DNA of 64,000 nucleotides from Legionella sp. (GTDB lineage Bacteria; Pseudomonadota; Gammaproteobacteria; Legionellales; Legionellaceae): NCBI GenBank assembly GCA_030694525.1, contig JAUXYG010000195.1, positions 3,292 to 67,291 of the forward strand, read 5' to 3'. Shown piece by piece: positions 63,012 to 64,000 of this stretch (position 1 is its first letter; each line of letters starts with the position of its first letter). The notes under the pieces were generated by a model. It saw only the letters and a program-made list of their open reading frames with translations, ran no database searches and was not told where the DNA came from. The position numbers and the translations under genes were made by a program.

Positions 63012-63789
63012 AATGATTTTACTTGAAAATACAAACTATCAACCTGTATATGAATTATATTTAAAGGAATCATTTTTTTATCCTTTGATTGCGGCAGTAT
63101 TATTACAAAAGCAAGATGGGGTCGTATTTGTCAATGATTCTGCTAATCCTACACAAATTTATGTTGAACATAGTTTTGGATTTGCACAATTGTTTGGGGT
63201 GGCGGATAACTCTTTCGAACTTAAACTTGAGCATTACCTCTTTGAAAGCAAACAGTTTACTCCTGAAAAAATTCGTTTGTACGCTCCAAAAGCCCCCGAA
63301 TTTATATTAAAACCTGATTATCAATCGTTTCAATCTCAGAGACAAAGATTTATTTTGGATCAGAAACAATTAGTTCTTGATACTCAGATTAAAGATAACA
63401 TAAATTGTGTTGCTGTTAATGAAATGAATTGTGCAACAATTGATCGGGAATTTAATGTAGTATCCCGATTTTGGCGTAATTCAGCAGATTTCATAAAAGG
63501 CTCACAAGCAGTTGTTGTTATTTACAAGAATAAAATTGCATCAATATGCTATGCAGCCGCAGAAGCCAATCATTGGGCTGAAATTGATGTCCTTACATTG
63601 CCGCATTTTCGAAATTTCGGTCTTGGCAAACATGCAGTACGGGGCTTTATCCATCGGTGCGCCGAATTATCAGTAACCCCCGTATGGGATTGCTTTACTA
63701 ATAATATGGGCTCAATGGCTCTTTGTAACTCTGTGGGATTTATTGCAGCGGATAGACCTTATTTATTTTTTACGATTCCCAAGGGCTGA
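62992..63789 (+). CDS. GNAT-family acetyltransferase
   Basis: AEIDVLTLPHFRNFGLGK, WDCFTNNMGSMALCNSVGF. Confidence 0.8.
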   Translation: MAGLPSEMILLENTNYQPVYELYLKESFFYPLIAAVLLQKQDGVVFVNDSANPTQIYVEHSFGFAQLFGVADNSFELKLEHYLFESKQFTPEKIRLYAPKAPEFILKPDYQSFQSQRQRFILDQKQLVLDTQIKDNINCVAVNEMNCATIDREFNVVSRFWRNSADFIKGSQAVVVIYKNKIASICYAAAEANHWAEIDVLTLPHFRNFGLGKHAVRGFIHRCAELSVTPVWDCFTNNMGSMALCNSVGFIAADRPYLFFTIPKG

Positions 63790-63844
63790 TCCTTTAAACA
63801 AATCGGTGATTGTTTATTTAAACAGGAAGCGATTGAATAAAAAT

Positions 63845-64000
63845 ATGAGTATAAATATGACTTATTATCACAATTTAGGATTATTTTTTATAGACGTCGC
63901 ACAGAGGCATGCTGAGAATACAGCATTGCGCTACATAGAGCAGCAATTTACTTATGCCGATTTGGACCATTGGTCCGAGCGATTAAGTACGTTTCTCTTA
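63845..64000 (+). CDS. N-terminus of an AMP-binding/adenylation enzyme (truncated by the window edge)
   Basis: Open to the end: MSINMTYYHNLGLFFIDVAQRHAENTALRYIEQQFTYADLDHWSERLSTFLL, with an A1-like TYADL. Confidence 0.7.
   Translation, partial: MSINMTYYHNLGLFFIDVAQRHAENTALRYIEQQFTYADLDHWSERLSTFLL

Noticed and set aside
374-63310. Short antisense or nested ORFs in the track (for example 374-607, 2289-2558, 7077-7550, 32578-32883, 36600-36809, 52074-52328, 61100-61402)
   Set aside because: Most overlap well-supported genes on another frame or strand; 36600-36809 is AT-rich intergenic DNA. None shows a protein motif

Overview
Chromosomal segment of a Legionella species: it carries mip, and the lipA...csrA-birA-PPTase-accA-tilS-sdaA-mip-ampG backbone is typical of the genus. 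The window has five parts. (1) 1-4.3 kb: housekeeping genes (CDGSH protein, GGDEF cyclase, lipA, a methyltransferase). (2) 4.6-28.6 kb: a Wzx/Wzy/Wzz-type surface-polysaccharide locus with nonulosonic acid (neuBCD, neuA, amidotransferase plus hisH/hisF paralogues) and GDP-fucose (manC, gmd, fcl) genes. It is interrupted at 11.76-12.67 kb by a BIME-like array of seven alternating REP palindromes. (3) 28.9-45 kb: an accessory island with a one-module A-T-C NRPS plus SyrP-like dioxygenase, eukaryotic-like effector candidates (F-box/ankyrin/CaaX, two paralogous LRR proteins, methyltransferase-ankyrin), a 4x23-aa repeat mini-protein and four decaying genes. (4) 45.8-55.3 kb: core genes with one inserted coiled-coil ORF. 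(5) 55.3-64 kb: a second surface-modification cluster (GT-C, WbqC, GtrB-like GT2, methyltransferases, ACP, SDR, GNAT, start of an adenylating enzyme) that runs off the window. No rRNA, tRNA, CRISPR array or intact transposase was found. All assignments come from motif recognition by eye, without database searches.
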